Below are positions 38,536-39,242 of a DNA stretch of 39,242 bases, one piece after another (the stretch's first letter is position 1; every line of letters begins with the position of its first letter). The position numbers and the translations under genes are program-made. This stretch comes from Microcoleaceae cyanobacterium. GTDB lineage: Bacteria > Cyanobacteriota > Cyanobacteriia > Cyanobacteriales > Microcoleaceae. Under the pieces are notes generated by a model. It worked only from the letters and a program-made list of their open reading frames with translations. It was not told where the DNA came from and did not search any database. Where the stretch lies: contig JBOFUV010000057.1 in assembly GCA_051652765.1 (NCBI GenBank), positions 1-39,242 of the forward strand, read 5' to 3'.

Positions 38536-39242
38536 CTAAGACTTGCCAGGAATTAACCCTCGGCGTTCTGAGGTCAGGGAATGCTTGATAAAAGTATTCA
38601 GATGTTGCAAATGGGCATTATCTGACAAGATTTCCACCTGTTCTAGAGCATCCTCTAGCCGATGATCCGAACGGTAAAGGAGACGAAACGCTTTCTTTAA
38701 CAATCCCAGTTCCTCCGTGGTTAATCCTGCCCGTTTCAACCCCACTAAATTGAGAGCGCGGACTTTGGAGGGATTCCCTTCAACTAACATAAACGGGGGG
38801 ACATCCCGATCAATGCGAGTCATGCCGCCAATCATGGAGAGCTTGCCAATATGCACAAATTGATGAACCCCTAAAACCCCACTCAGACGGGCTTGAGATT
38901 CAATCTGAACATGACCTGCTAGAGCTACTCCATTAGCAATAATCACTTGATCGCCAATGACACAGTTATGTCCGACATGGGTATAGGCCATCAAGAGATT
39001 GCGATCGCCAATCTGAGTTACCTCTCCAGCATAGGTGGCGCGATTGATGGTGACATATTCCCGGATCAGGTTCTCGTCGCCAATTTTGACAAAACTGACG
39101 GCTCCCTGATATTTCAAATCCTGAGGTTCAGAGCCAATAATTGCTCCAGAAAAGATTTGATTTCGGGCTCCAATTTCTGTCCACCCTTCAATCACTGTAT
39201 GGGCCCCAATGGTTGTCCCAGGCCCAACTTTGACATGTTCCC
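38536..39242 (-). CDS. lpxA: Acyl-ACP--UDP-N-acetylglucosamine O-acyltransferase (5' end outside the window)
   Basis: Hexapeptide repeats, PQDLKY, IREYVTINR, HVGHNC, LAGHV, VHQF, DVPPF and LNLVGLKR. Confidence 0.96.
   Translation of the reverse strand, partial: EHVKVGPGTTIGAHTVIEGWTEIGARNQIFSGAIIGSEPQDLKYQGAVSFVKIGDENLIREYVTINRATYAGEVTQIGDRNLLMAYTHVGHNCVIGDQVIIANGVALAGHVQIESQARLSGVLGVHQFVHIGKLSMIGGMTRIDRDVPPFMLVEGNPSKVRALNLVGLKRAGLTTEELGLLKKAFRLLYRSDHRLEDALEQVEILSDNAHLQHLNTFIKHSLTSERRGLIPGKS

Larger units (their letters stand above)
3554..39008. repeat. HIP1 octamer GCGATCGC dispersed through the window
   Basis: At least 23 copies counted by eye (e.g. 8133, 12450, 17453, 27203, 39001); about one would be expected by chance. 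Confidence 0.9.

Overview
Chromosomal window from a cyanobacterium: at least 23 HIP1 octamers (GCGATCGC), plus glnN, ictB, CBS-CP12, GUN4-domain, pentapeptide-repeat and PEP-CTERM genes. It is mostly housekeeping: glnN, ictB, ilvD, a phosphoketolase-like ThDP enzyme, dxs, a P-type ATPase, minCDE, sbcD, a HIT protein and lpxA (partial). No transposase, integrase, CRISPR array or phage gene is visible. Four signals stand out. (1) A 2.7-kb segment (12330-15100) holds two unrecognised ORFs, each preceded by a TGTA-N8-TACA NtcA-type box, around a ~0.5-kb structured non-coding stretch containing a 20-codon ORF whose SD is locked in a hairpin. (2) A perfect 32-bp palindrome sits centred between a P-type ATPase with a non-canonical ion site and a divergent P-loop protein with degenerate Walker motifs and a likely winged-helix tail. 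(3) A stand-alone 5S rRNA gene has its own consensus promoter and terminator. (4) glnN has a canonical NtcA promoter followed by a ~365-nt structured leader. All calls come from reading motifs by eye; no database search or folding was run, so novelty is unverified.
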